64,000 bases of DNA from Blastocatellia bacterium (GCA_963765495.1 CAVXWP010000013.1:1-64000), one strand, 5' to 3'; positions 8,587-18,835 are shown, numbered from the stretch's first letter. Program-made: numbers and translations. The notes: generated by a model not told the origin, from the sequence alone.

Positions 8587-10173
8587 TTATTCGGGCGGAA
8601 CTATACGCGCCGTGACTCGATGATAGCCGGTCGCGCCTTCGGGCGCTGTCCCTCGATCTTCGGCCGATTGCAGAGCGCCCGTGCCGTCGGTTGCGCGCAC
8701 TACGAGTTTGTACTCGCCCGGTTCGGCCGGACGCCAGTCAAGGCTCCATAATACCCACGTCAACGGTGTGCTTTGATAATCAAGCCGCGCATCCTGCCAG
8801 ATCCCTCCGCCGTCGGTGCTCACCTCTACACGGCTGATTCCGCGCGTGCCCGCAAAGGCTATGCCCTTGAGCGCGACGGGTAACTTCATCGGGATAGTTT
8901 GATCGTAGTAGGGAAAATCGAAACGCGCGCGCGTCGGGATCACGAAATTCGGCCCCCATCCCTGCTGTTCGTAAAAGCCCTTTCCGTCGTGGTCGATAAG
9001 CTCGATGCGGGTCACCCACTTGACGCTCTTTTCGCCAAACAATCCGGGCGAGATTATGCGAGCCGGATAGCCGTGCGTCTCGGGCAGAGGCGCGCCGTTC
9101 ATCTCGAAGGCCACAAGCGTAGTCGGCTCCATTGCCTTCTCAATCGAGATCGTATCGGTGTAACCGTCGACGGCGCGAAACATCACTTCGACCGTGCCCG
9201 GGCGCGGCCCTGCGGCTTCGATCAGGTTTTTGAGCGGAACGCCGCGCCACACGGCGTTGCTCATAAGCCCGCCGCCTACCCAGTTGCTTATGCACATCAA
9301 GGTCGTCTCCTGATCGTCGGCGGGCAGTTGTGCCAGTTCTTCAAAACTGTATGTGCGCGGGCGGTCAACCAGCCCCGTCATCTCAAGCCGCCAGACGCTT
9401 TTGCCTACGCGCGGATCAATTACATTCTTGGTGACGGTATAGAATTTATCGTTTGGCGTTATGGGCTGAACGTCGAGGCCAATGTATTGCGTGCCGTCAT
9501 AAGAGAAGGTCGCTATCTGAAACAGCTTATAAAGCAAGCCACCTGCCGCCACGGCAAGCGCGGCAGTCGCGCCGCCAAGCAGAAAACCCCGCCTCTTGAT
9601 CGGCGTGCCTATGGTAGCAGTCCGCCCGAGCGGTTCATCCCCCGTCAACAGGCGATAAAACAGCGCGAGCGCAATCGCATACGACGCATAAGAGAGAAGC
9701 AACCCCGTAGCGGTCGCAACCTCGGCCCTGGCGGGCGGCAACCCCGCGTAGTTTATTTCGAGGACTGGCCAGAAGACGATGAGTGAAATGATCCAGAAAA
9801 GAAGCGCGAAGGTGCTTGCGAAAACCCATCCCCGGCGGCTGATGCCAAATCGCCACTTTCGCTCAGGGGCCTTTCTGCGATCGCGCTCGACTATGATGGC
9901 ATAGAGCAAGCCGCCAAACATCCCCGCTCCCAGTTGCCCGCCAAGGACCGAACCCGCCCCGGTCTGTTTCAATTGATTGTAACCGCCGTATTTTTGCAGA
10001 AGGCCGAGGAATTCATTTGCGGTGAAGGTTGGGGCTATGCGGTCGCCAAACAACTCTGCCGGGGTGGCAAACCCAAACAGATAACGCAGCAAATACATCA
10101 CAAGCGTCATCACGAGCGCGGCGGCTGTTCCTGCAAGCAATCCGCCGCCTGCTACCTTAACCCATTTGCTCAT
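8587..10173 (-). CDS. Membrane-anchored molybdopterin oxidoreductase (sulfite oxidase/MsrP-like)
   Basis: N-terminal TM helices, internal RRGFL motif, LMCISN Moco cysteine, HGYPAR, KSVKWV and a C-terminal Mo-co dimerisation domain. Confidence 0.88.
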   Translation of the reverse strand: MSKWVKVAGGGLLAGTAAALVMTLVMYLLRYLFGFATPAELFGDRIAPTFTANEFLGLLQKYGGYNQLKQTGAGSVLGGQLGAGMFGGLLYAIIVERDRRKAPERKWRFGISRRGWVFASTFALLFWIISLIVFWPVLEINYAGLPPARAEVATATGLLLSYASYAIALALFYRLLTGDEPLGRTATIGTPIKRRGFLLGGATAALAVAAGGLLYKLFQIATFSYDGTQYIGLDVQPITPNDKFYTVTKNVIDPRVGKSVWRLEMTGLVDRPRTYSFEELAQLPADDQETTLMCISNWVGGGLMSNAVWRGVPLKNLIEAAGPRPGTVEVMFRAVDGYTDTISIEKAMEPTTLVAFEMNGAPLPETHGYPARIISPGLFGEKSVKWVTRIELIDHDGKGFYEQQGWGPNFVIPTRARFDFPYYDQTIPMKLPVALKGIAFAGTRGISRVEVSTDGGGIWQDARLDYQSTPLTWVLWSLDWRPAEPGEYKLVVRATDGTGALQSAEDRGTAPEGATGYHRVTARIVPPE

Positions 10174-10199
10174 TTTAATCTCAAGTTTATCGGTGCGGT

Positions 10200-11084
10200 T
10201 TATGCCTGACGGCCTCGACGGTCGAGAAAATCTCTGACAGACGGAGCAATCGTCGAGGCGATCTGTAAGTTATCCTCTTCGGAAAGATTCGAAACCACGA
10301 AGGCCAGATAATCGCGGCTCTCAAAACCGGCCACCTGCAAATCCTGTAGCCTGGCCTGATGAAGCCGTATGCCCGATGCGCCTGCGACCTCGGCGGCATC
10401 GGTTTCGGAAAAGGCTTCGCCGTCCTTCTTTGTGATGACAAGCGAAAGCACGGCCTCACCCTGTCTGAGGATCAGGTGGATAAACTCCCGGCCTTTGTAT
10501 CTGCACCGATGTCCGACGGTCACTTCATAATTGCCGGGAATGTTTCCTTTTACCTGAGCGACTATGCCCGCGTAATCAGGGCCCAGCTTTTCGGTCATCT
10601 TTTCAGCGGAGAAATGCTCGTCGGCGAGCCCCGCGTCGAGCGCGCAATGGATGTGATCGCCAAGCCCGACCCTCAGTATCTCTTCCTTATGGTTTGCGCT
10701 CATCTGATCGGAGGCTTGTAATGATTCAAGCGGCCTTGCATCCTGATGGCTCCACAAACGCAATACGCCAAACGTTCCTACCATCAGAGCGAGCGCCGCC
10801 GCTATGGCAAATATCCAGTGATTGTTTGACCGGGGGGGCGTCTGGCGTATCTCTTTGCGTATGCGGGCTTCGAGTTCACGCGGAGCTTCGTCCTTTCGCA
10901 CGGCACATTGCAACAGATGCTTTACGCGCTCGCGGGCTTCGAGTTCCGAGGTGCATTCGGGACAGCTTTCCAGGTGATTCAATACTTCGTGCATAGTTTC
11001 GATGAGAAGCTCGTTGTTAAGATATGAATCCAGGTAAGCTCTGATTTTTTTACAATGCTGTTTTTCGATATTGATCACGTTCAT
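10200..11084 (-). CDS. Zinc-finger (zf-HC2/ZAS) membrane anti-sigma factor
   Basis: HLESCPEC (HxxxCxxC), one TM helix and an extracytoplasmic domain; 4-bp overlap with the sigma gene. Confidence 0.88.
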   Translation of the reverse strand: MNVINIEKQHCKKIRAYLDSYLNNELLIETMHEVLNHLESCPECTSELEARERVKHLLQCAVRKDEAPRELEARIRKEIRQTPPRSNNHWIFAIAAALALMVGTFGVLRLWSHQDARPLESLQASDQMSANHKEEILRVGLGDHIHCALDAGLADEHFSAEKMTEKLGPDYAGIVAQVKGNIPGNYEVTVGHRCRYKGREFIHLILRQGEAVLSLVITKKDGEAFSETDAAEVAGASGIRLHQARLQDLQVAGFESRDYLAFVVSNLSEEDNLQIASTIAPSVRDFLDRRGRQA

Positions 11085-11635
11085 GCGCCTTCACCTCCAG
11101 CGGCGGCTTTTATTCCATACTCTGCGGCAACCGAAGCCAGTTCGCCCCTGAGCAGCTTTCGCCCCCGGCTGAGTCTGGACATCACTGTGCCTACGGGTAT
11201 ATTCAGGGTCTCTGCGATCTCTTTATAAGAGAATTCTTCCACATCGGCAAGCGTCACCACCTCGCGATATTTCTGAGGAATCCTGCGAAAGGCCGCAAGC
11301 ACTTCTTCATCGCTGAGATGCTCGGGGACCGGGGGCTCGTAGGCCAGGGTCTCTTCCAGAATCTCTTCGCTCTCTTTGACCAGATTCAGATTGAACCATT
11401 TGCGGCGGCGGTGTTGAATGACGTGAAAGAGAATTTTATGCAGCCACGCCCGACAATTCGTGCCCGACTCGAACCTGTGAAACGATTTCCAGGCTTGAAG
11501 GAATGCCTCCTGAACCATATCTTCGGCGTCGTTTCGATCTCCGGCCACGCGCCTGGCCGTCCGAAACAACTCGTTCAGGTGAGGCAGGGCCGCCGATTCA
11601 AACTCTTCTATTTTCGATGATCGGCTAAAAAACAA
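11081..11635 (-). CDS. ECF RNA polymerase sigma factor (copy 1)
   Basis: DAEDMVQE region 2 and YKEIAETLNIPVGTVMSRLSRGR region 4; TTG start. Confidence 0.93.
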   Translation of the reverse strand: MFFSRSSKIEEFESAALPHLNELFRTARRVAGDRNDAEDMVQEAFLQAWKSFHRFESGTNCRAWLHKILFHVIQHRRRKWFNLNLVKESEEILEETLAYEPPVPEHLSDEEVLAAFRRIPQKYREVVTLADVEEFSYKEIAETLNIPVGTVMSRLSRGRKLLRGELASVAAEYGIKAAAGGEGA

Positions 11636-11695
11636 GTTAAATCCTCAGTCTCGATACATTAAGATACGTCGGGACCCCAGCGGACCCATCCTATA

Positions 11696-11722
11696 AATAC
11701 CAGACCGGGGATTTTCTATTCC
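11696..11722 (-). promoter_or_regulatory. Putative ECF promoter (autoregulatory, sigma copy 1)
   Basis: Minus strand reads GGAATA-N15-GGTATT, about 60 bp upstream of the start. Confidence 0.7.
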
Positions 11723-11778
11723 ATGAAGGTGAAATTAATGTAAAAAATCTGGCACCCTTATCTGTTTAGAAAAGGAGA

Positions 11779-11843
11779 AATTTGCCACAGAGACACAAAG
11801 ACACAGAGATTTTTTAATCTTTTCTCTGTGACTCTGTGGCTAT
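11779..11843. repeat. Nonamer-based REP-like palindrome (CACAGAGA family)
   Basis: GCCACAGAGACACAAAGACACAGAGA ... TCTCTGTGACTCTGTGGC; homologous to 8446-8514 and 39386-39457. Confidence 0.85.
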
Positions 11844-11957
11844 TTTGACTCTTACAGGATCGCTTTTTTGTTGTACCATTTTCGCCCCGGCGCTATGCTT
11901 AGGCAACCGCCGTATAATGAAATCATGGCTCGGATTGTAGCTCCATCAGGCGGACGG

Positions 11958-11984
11958 GGAATAATCTTTATAAGATCTGGCATT
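11958..11984 (+). promoter_or_regulatory. Putative ECF promoter upstream of the DoxX gene
   Basis: GGAATA-N15-GGCATT. Confidence 0.7.
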
Positions 11985-12061
11985 AATCAGAGTGTGCAAC
12001 CTCCGAGGATTAAGAACGCGAGGATCAGACATCAAGAATAATCACCTGTCAAGGAGCAGTT

Positions 12062-12475
12062 ATGAGCATGACAAAGACAACCAAGATAGTGAGTTGGGTG
12101 CTGCAAATCATCGTTGCGGTCATCCTGTTTCAAACGCTTTTCTTCAAGTTTACCGGCGCGGAAGAGTCTAAATACATCTTCACTACGCTCGGGGCGGAGC
12201 CCTGGGGAAGGATCGGTTCGGGCGTGGTCGAGTTGATTACGGTCATTTTGTTGCTGATTCCTTCAACCGTGGCGCTCGGAGCGGTGCTTGCTCTTGGGAC
12301 TGCCTCGGGGGCCATACTCGGCCATCTTTCGAAGCTGGGCATAGTAGTGATGGATGACGGCGGGACATTATTTTTTCTGGCGCTCACGGTCTTTGTTGGA
12401 AGCGCGGTCATCCTCTTCATTCGCCGCCGCGAAATTCCAATCATCGGCTCGCGCCTGTTTGGCAGCAATGCTTGA
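12062..12475 (+). CDS. DoxX-like membrane protein
   Basis: Four TM helices; QTLFFKFTGA.ES.YIF..LG.EP.GRIGSG and GH motifs; AAGGAG RBS. Confidence 0.8.
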   Translation: MSMTKTTKIVSWVLQIIVAVILFQTLFFKFTGAEESKYIFTTLGAEPWGRIGSGVVELITVILLLIPSTVALGAVLALGTASGAILGHLSKLGIVVMDDGGTLFFLALTVFVGSAVILFIRRREIPIIGSRLFGSNA

Positions 12476-12478
12476 AAT

Positions 12479-12601
12479 CAGTAGGCAGTAGGCAGTAGGC
12501 AGTTGATAATGAATTGACGACTACTGCTAAAGAGAGCACGGCATATGCATAAGAATAGGTGGTACCCAACTCCGTTACTGCCTACTGCCTACTGCCTACT
12601 G
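12479..12601. repeat. Inverted tandem heptamer element (GGCAGTA)n ... (TACTGCC)n
   Basis: 25-bp arms at 12479-12503 and 12577-12601 are exact reverse complements. Confidence 0.92.
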
Positions 12602-12614
12602 CAAGGGGGCGTGC

Positions 12615-15600
12615 ATGACGCTGCCCGGTTATGAGGTCTTCGAAGAGATCTCTCGAAACGACTGGCAGATCACATACAGAGGCCGGCGCATAAAAGACAG
12701 CCTGCCGGTCCTGCTTAAAAGGCCACGCCGCCCGGCGGCGTCAGCCCTTTGCGCCCAGTTGCTCGAACACGAATTCGAGATTCTGTCAAAACTCTCAATC
12801 CCGGGCATCGCGCGCGGACTGGAATTGTTATACGCGGATGCGAGTTGCTGTCTGATATTGGAAGATACAGGTGGCAGCCCTCCATTGAGCGTGTTAAATT
12901 CGCGCTCGCTCGATCTCGGTCTCTTCTTCAGGTTTGCCACTCAGATGTCTGTGGCGCTTGCCGAACTGCACAGGCGAGACATTATTCACAGACACATAAA
13001 CCCCGGTAGCATTCTGTTCAACCCTGAAACGGGCGAGGGGCAGATCATGGATGTCAGTCTCGCATCTCGGGCAACAGATGATGTTCGAGCGCCCGTGGTG
13101 CTACAACTTCTCGGCCAGTCGCTCACATACATTTCCCCTGAACAGACCGGACGGATGAACCGAACGACCGACTATCGCACGGATTTTTATTCGCTCGGGG
13201 TCACTTTTTACGAGATGCTGACCGGCGCTCCTCCTTTCCAATCCGATGATGCGCTCGAATTGATTCACTGGCACATAGCGAGGACGCCTCCGCCCCCTGC
13301 ACAAATCAATCCCGACCTGCCCGCGCCTCTCTCCGCAATCGTGATGAAATTGCTCTCAAAGACCGCCGAAGAACGATACCAGAGCGCGCTCGGCCTCAAA
13401 GAAGACCTCGACATTTGCGAGAGGGCGTGGAATGCCTGTGGAACCATCACGCCCTTTGCGCTCGGAGGGCGGGACGTGGCAGACCGCTTTCTGATGTCTC
13501 AGAAGCTGTACGGGCGGGATAAAGAAGTCGAAAAGTTGTTAAGCGCCTTTGAAGGCGTTTGCCGGGGACCGTCTGCGCTTATGCTCGTAGCCGGTTACTC
13601 CGGCATAGGCAAATCTTCGCTGATAAACGAGCTATACAAACCCATTGCGCGCGAGCGGGGTTATTTTATGACGGGGAAATTCGATCAGATAGCGCGCATT
13701 CCCTATGACGCCCTGATACAGGCTTTTCGCGGATTGATCCGGCAACTGCTGACCGAGGGCGAAGAGCGCCTCGGTTTATGGCGGGCGCGGTTGAATGAAT
13801 CTCTCGGGGCAGGCGGCGGCGTTGTGGCCGAGGTCATCCCCGAAATAGAGATGATTCTCGGAAAACAGCCCGCCCCGCCCGCTCTCGGTCCTACCGAAGC
13901 GCAGAACCGATTCCGGCTGGTCTTTCAAAATCTCCTGCGCCCGCTGGCGCGCAAAGAACACCCTCTCGTGCTTTTTCTCGATGATCTGCAATGGGCCGAT
14001 TCGGCTACCCTCAACCTTTTAGAGCCTCTGCTGACAACCCCCGAGATACAATACCTCTTCGTCATAGGGGCCTATCGCGACAATGAGGTAGACGCGGTTC
14101 ATCCGTTGACGGAAACGCTCGGCGAACTTAAGGCAAACGGAGCCGGGCTTTATCATCTGTCACTCGGCCCGCTCGTGCCTTCCGACCTCACGCTGCTCGT
14201 CCGCGACACGCTCCACGGTCGCGTGGAAGATGTAGCGCCGCTTGCAGAGCTTGTATCTCAAAAAACGGCGGGCAATCCGTTTTTCGTAAATCAGTTTCTA
14301 CAGACTCTCAATCGGGAAAGACTGCTGGAATTCGATTACGATCAGAACCGCTGGACATTTCAGATCGAAGAGATCGCCAAGGCCGGGATGACCGACAACG
14401 TCATTGACCTGATGACTCGAAAGATACAGCGTCTTTCGCCCACTTCGCAGAGCGCGCTGACACTCGGGGCCTGCATAGGAAATCAGTTCGACCTCACGAC
14501 GCTTGCAATAATAAGCCAGCAATCCGCGCAATCGGTGACCGAAAATCTGAAAGAGGCGCTCGACGAAGGGCTTGTAATCTCTTCTGCGCGAGCCGAGGAC
14601 CGAGCTGCCGGAGACCGTTTTGAGACCGAGGCTATAGCAAGCCCGGTTTATGCTTTTTTGCACGACCGGGTACAGCAGGCCGCATACGGGTTGATTCCCG
14701 ATGATCGCAAGAAGCCGGTTCACCTTCAGGTCGGGCGGCTCCTGCTTGCGGGGTGTGGAGGGGAAGCGCCCGAAGACAGGCTCTTTGAAATAGCCAACCA
14801 TCTGAACGTGGGGCAGGAGCTTGTCACGGATGCATACGAACGGGTGGTACTGGCCCGCCTCAACCTTCAGGCCGGGCGAAAGGCAAAAGCCTCGGCGGCA
14901 TTTCAGGCGGCGCTCGGGTATTTCGAGTTCGGCCTGCGTATGCTTGAAGAGGCTTGCTGGGACTCTGAATACGATCTGATGCTTTGGCTCAACCTTGAGG
15001 CGGGCGAGTGTCTTTCGCTGTGCGGGTATTTCGAAGAGGCCGAAGACCGTTTCGACCTGCTGCTTGAACGAGCGCAGACTCGCGTGGATAAATCCAGAGT
15101 CTATGATCTGAAGATACGCCAGTATGAAAACACCTCGCGTTACACTGATGCCATCCGCATCGGGCACGAAGGGCTTGCGCTTTTCGGGCTCACTTTTCCG
15201 CAGCTTCCCGGTGAAAAGCGCGCGGCGCTTGACCGCGAGCTTGAAACGATCAACAGGCTTATAGACGGTCGCTCCATCGAATCACTAATCGATCTGCCGT
15301 TGATGACCGACCCCGAGATAAAAGCCGTCATGGGGCTTCTGGCCAACCTCCATACGCAGTGTTACCTGTCGGGCGACAAAGACTTGACACTGCTCAACAC
15401 GGCGGCGATGGTTCGTCTTTCGCTCACTTACGGCAACACCGAAGAATCGGCTCACGCCTATGTGCTGCACGCCATGAACGTAGGCCAGGTGATGGGCGAT
15501 TATCGCTCGGCATACGAATTTGGGAAGCTTGCGCTGCGTTTGAACGAGCGACTCTACGACGCGGGGCTGCGGGCTAAAATCCTGATGAATTTCGCCTGGG

Positions 15601-18600
15601 CCGTGAGCATCTGGCGCAAACCCTTTGCCGACTCTTTCGCCTATCTGAGCGAGTCTTTCCGGCTAGGCAACGAGTCCGGTTTTTTTGCAGACGCCGGTTA
15701 CGCCATCTTCGATGAATGCCACTTCCGGCTGTTTGCCGGAGGCAGGCTCTCCGCCCTGCGACAGGTGTGCGACAAGGCTGTAAGCTATCTGAAACGCGCC
15801 AAGATAGACCGCTTCGCCGATGCCCCGCGAGTGATATTACAGTGGGGGCTTGCGCTCGAAGGATCGACCGCTTCGCCGACCTCGCTCACAGGTTCAGAAT
15901 TCGACGAAGCAGAGTACCTGAGCGTCAACGAGGGGCAGAGCCTGTTTGAAATGTTCTGCTTTGTGGCAAAGACGGTTCTGCTCTACACCTTTGACGAGTA
16001 CGAGGCAACGCACCGGATGGCGCTTGAAGCCGAGCGCGTCATAAAGGACTTCACCGGCACGATCTGGGACGAGCAGCGAGTCTTTTATCACAGCCTCGCG
16101 CTCGCCGAGCTACATCGGGATGCGGGCGAACAACGACAACGCGAAATAGAAACAGAGCTTGAGGCGATGAATTCGCGGATGAGGAAGTGGGCCGAATGCT
16201 CTCCACACAATTTCGCGGCTCCGCATCTGATACTTTCGGCAGAGATCGCGCGGGTGCGCGAAAACATAAACGAGGCCTTCGCGCTTTACGAAGCCGCCAT
16301 TGAAGCCACCGCCGATCACGAATGCCCGAGGGAACGCGCGCTGGCTAACGAGTTGTGCGCCAAGTTCTGGCGCGAGCGCGGACAAACGAAGATCGCCGCG
16401 ATGTTTATGACCGAGGCCCGAAATGCCTACAACGATTGGGGCGCTCGGGCCAAGGTCGAAGACCTGGAGCGCAAATACCCGGAATTGCTGAAGCGGGAAA
16501 GGACCGTGACGCTTTCTGACCGAGCGCAGGAGCGAGAGACTATTTCGCTCGATCTGGCAACCATCACAAAGGCCGCCCGCGCCATCACAATCGAGATCGA
16601 GCTTGATAACCTGCTGCGAAAGATCGTAGAGATCGCCATGGAGAACGCAGGAGCCGAGCGCGGAATATTTCTTCAGGATACGGGCAAACAACTCGTGATC
16701 GAAGCCGAAGGAGCCGTGGGCAAACAGACCACCGTCAGGCAATCGCTCCCCGTCGAAGATTCCGGCAAACTTTCGCAGGCAGTCGTCTTCTATGTAGGCA
16801 AGACCGGGGAAAGCGTAGTGATAGGCGATGCGGCTGCCGATGAAAGATTCGCCTCCGACTCTTATGTAAGGGATCAGAAACCGAAATCAATCCTTTGCGT
16901 GCCAATCGTGTATCAGGGAAGATCGAGCGGCATCCTCTACCTCGAAAACAACCTTTCGACCGAAGCATTCACATCCGAACGCATCGAGTTGATGAGCATA
17001 CTCTCGGCCACGGCGGCAATCGCTCTGGAAAAGGCGTTTCTCTATGAAGAGATGAAGCAGGAGGCCGTCAGGCGGCAGGAAGCCGAAGAGACGTTGCGCT
17101 CTATTGTGGAAGGAACGGCGGCGGTTACGGGCGGCGAATTTTTCTATCTGCTCGTGCGGCATCTGGCATCCGCCCTCAAGGTTCGATACGCCTTTGTCAC
17201 AAAATGCCGCGATGAGAAGAAGACCCGCGTGCGTACGCTTGCCTTCTGGGCGGGCGACGATTTCGGAGAAAACTTCGAATACGATCTGGCGGGTACGCCC
17301 TGCTATAAAGTCATCGAAGGCGAGGCCTGTCATTACTCTCACGATCTGCAAAGGCTCTTTCCCGAAGACGTGGGTCTGGTCGAGTGGAACGCGCAAAGTT
17401 TTATGGGGTTCCCGATGACGGACGCAACGGGTGAAATCATAGGTCATCTGGCCGTGCTCGATGACCATCCGATGGATGCGGACCCGCGAAACACGTCTGT
17501 GCTGAAAATATTTGCCGCTCGCGCCGGAGCCGAACTCGAACGCCAGCAGGCCGAAGAAGAGTTGCGGCAAGCCCTCGCAGAGGTCGAACAATTAAAGAAC
17601 CGCCTCCACGATGAGAACGTCTATTTGCAGGAAGAGATTCGCAAAGAGCACAACTTTGAAGAGATGGTCGGCAGCAGCCCGGCTTTACTTGAAGCCCTCA
17701 GAAAAGTCGAGATGGTGGCCCCTACCGATTCCACCGTCCTCATCTGGGGAGAGACGGGTACGGGCAAAGAACTGATCGCCCGCGCCATTCATAACAACAG
17801 CGCCCGAAGGGATCGCCCGCTTGTAAAGGTCAATTGCGGGGCGATCTCTGCGGGGCTCGTAGAAAGCGAGCTTTTCGGACACGTCAAGGGCGCGTTTACG
17901 GGGGCGCACGACCGCCGCGTAGGCCGTTTCGAACTTGCCGACGGCGGCACGCTTTTCCTCGATGAGGTCAGCGAACTCCCCGTGGAAACCCAGGTCAAAC
18001 TGCTCAGAGTATTGCAGGAACAGGAGTTCGAACCCGTCGGCAGCAGCCGCTCCGTCCGCGTTGACGTCCGCATAATAGCCGCGACAAACCGCGATCTGGA
18101 AGAAGCGGTCCGGGCAGGCCGCTTCCGCTCGGACCTGTTCTATCGCCTCAATGTCTTTCCGCTCAGAGTGCCGCCCCTGCGCGAGCGCCTGTCTGACCTG
18201 CCGCAACTCGTTATGTTCTTTCAGGACCGTTTCTCTAAAAAATTTGGCAAGAAAATCGAATCCGTATCGCAGGAAACTATGGCCCTGTTGATGGGCTATC
18301 CGTGGCCGGGCAATGTAAGAGAGCTTCAAAACATGATCGAAAGAGCCGTAGTGCTTGCCCGTGGACCTGTTCTCACCCTTGACCGCGACCTGTTGCCCTC
18401 TCTCGCCCTCAGAGATACCCTCGCCGCAGGCGGAGCCGCAGGAAAAACATCCGTGGCATCTATCGCCGCCCCTTACCCCGCATCTTCGCCCCCGCAATCA
18501 GTCGCAACCACATCTCCTCCCACCCTCGAAGAGGTCGAACGCCAGCATATCCTCTCCGTACTCAGCCAAACCCGATGGATAATCGAAGGCCCAAAGGGCG

Positions 18601-18689
18601 CGGCTCGCCTGCTCGAACTCCATCCCAATACCCTCCGCAGCCGTATGAAAAAACTCGGCATCCAACGATCAACCCACGAAATATCGTAG
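12615..18689 (+). CDS. Multidomain sigma54-dependent activator: Ser/Thr kinase-like + AAA ATPase + TPR-like + 2 GAF + sigma54 AAA+ + Fis HTH
   Basis: YISPEQTGRMNR..DYRTDFYSLG, GYSGIGKS, LFLDDLQWAD, two GAF domains, GETGTGKE, GAFTGA, FLDEV, WPGNVREL and a C-terminal HTH. Confidence 0.93.
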   Translation: MTLPGYEVFEEISRNDWQITYRGRRIKDSLPVLLKRPRRPAASALCAQLLEHEFEILSKLSIPGIARGLELLYADASCCLILEDTGGSPPLSVLNSRSLDLGLFFRFATQMSVALAELHRRDIIHRHINPGSILFNPETGEGQIMDVSLASRATDDVRAPVVLQLLGQSLTYISPEQTGRMNRTTDYRTDFYSLGVTFYEMLTGAPPFQSDDALELIHWHIARTPPPPAQINPDLPAPLSAIVMKLLSKTAEERYQSALGLKEDLDICERAWNACGTITPFALGGRDVADRFLMSQKLYGRDKEVEKLLSAFEGVCRGPSALMLVAGYSGIGKSSLINELYKPIARERGYFMTGKFDQIARIPYDALIQAFRGLIRQLLTEGEERLGLWRARLNESLGAGGGVVAEVIPEIEMILGKQPAPPALGPTEAQNRFRLVFQNLLRPLARKEHPLVLFLDDLQWADSATLNLLEPLLTTPEIQYLFVIGAYRDNEVDAVHPLTETLGELKANGAGLYHLSLGPLVPSDLTLLVRDTLHGRVEDVAPLAELVSQKTAGNPFFVNQFLQTLNRERLLEFDYDQNRWTFQIEEIAKAGMTDNVIDLMTRKIQRLSPTSQSALTLGACIGNQFDLTTLAIISQQSAQSVTENLKEALDEGLVISSARAEDRAAGDRFETEAIASPVYAFLHDRVQQAAYGLIPDDRKKPVHLQVGRLLLAGCGGEAPEDRLFEIANHLNVGQELVTDAYERVVLARLNLQAGRKAKASAAFQAALGYFEFGLRMLEEACWDSEYDLMLWLNLEAGECLSLCGYFEEAEDRFDLLLERAQTRVDKSRVYDLKIRQYENTSRYTDAIRIGHEGLALFGLTFPQLPGEKRAALDRELETINRLIDGRSIESLIDLPLMTDPEIKAVMGLLANLHTQCYLSGDKDLTLLNTAAMVRLSLTYGNTEESAHAYVLHAMNVGQVMGDYRSAYEFGKLALRLNERLYDAGLRAKILMNFAWAVSIWRKPFADSFAYLSESFRLGNESGFFADAGYAIFDECHFRLFAGGRLSALRQVCDKAVSYLKRAKIDRFADAPRVILQWGLALEGSTASPTSLTGSEFDEAEYLSVNEGQSLFEMFCFVAKTVLLYTFDEYEATHRMALEAERVIKDFTGTIWDEQRVFYHSLALAELHRDAGEQRQREIETELEAMNSRMRKWAECSPHNFAAPHLILSAEIARVRENINEAFALYEAAIEATADHECPRERALANELCAKFWRERGQTKIAAMFMTEARNAYNDWGARAKVEDLERKYPELLKRERTVTLSDRAQERETISLDLATITKAARAITIEIELDNLLRKIVEIAMENAGAERGIFLQDTGKQLVIEAEGAVGKQTTVRQSLPVEDSGKLSQAVVFYVGKTGESVVIGDAAADERFASDSYVRDQKPKSILCVPIVYQGRSSGILYLENNLSTEAFTSERIELMSILSATAAIALEKAFLYEEMKQEAVRRQEAEETLRSIVEGTAAVTGGEFFYLLVRHLASALKVRYAFVTKCRDEKKTRVRTLAFWAGDDFGENFEYDLAGTPCYKVIEGEACHYSHDLQRLFPEDVGLVEWNAQSFMGFPMTDATGEIIGHLAVLDDHPMDADPRNTSVLKIFAARAGAELERQQAEEELRQALAEVEQLKNRLHDENVYLQEEIRKEHNFEEMVGSSPALLEALRKVEMVAPTDSTVLIWGETGTGKELIARAIHNNSARRDRPLVKVNCGAISAGLVESELFGHVKGAFTGAHDRRVGRFELADGGTLFLDEVSELPVETQVKLLRVLQEQEFEPVGSSRSVRVDVRIIAATNRDLEEAVRAGRFRSDLFYRLNVFPLRVPPLRERLSDLPQLVMFFQDRFSKKFGKKIESVSQETMALLMGYPWPGNVRELQNMIERAVVLARGPVLTLDRDLLPSLALRDTLAAGGAAGKTSVASIAAPYPASSPPQSVATTSPPTLEEVERQHILSVLSQTRWIIEGPKGAARLLELHPNTLRSRMKKLGIQRSTHEIS

Positions 18690-18743
18690 CCCGCCCACTT
18701 GATCTTTGGCCACGAAGCCCACGAAATATCGTGGTATCGTGGG
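18673..18743. promoter_or_regulatory. Putative upstream activator (enhancer) sites
   Basis: CCCACGAAATATCGTAG (18673-18689) and CCCACGAAATATCGTGG (18718-18734), plus extra half-sites; palindromic core CCACGA-N4-TCGTGG. Confidence 0.7.
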
Positions 18744-18820
18744 ACAAGACAGGGGGCAGAAACATCTCAACCCGTTAAGCATCAAAGGCATACGCAGACT
18801 GAGAGGATCGGTGTATGTTA

Positions 18821-18835
18821 TGGCATCATTTTTGC
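18821..18835 (+). promoter_or_regulatory. Sigma54 -24/-12 promoter
   Basis: TGGCATCATTTTTGC has GG-N10-GC spacing and lies directly downstream of a GAFTGA activator gene. Confidence 0.8.

Noticed and set aside
11749-11763. Second sigma54 promoter (TGGCACCCTTATCTG)
   Set aside because: It has the -24 TGGCAC but lacks GC at the -12 position.
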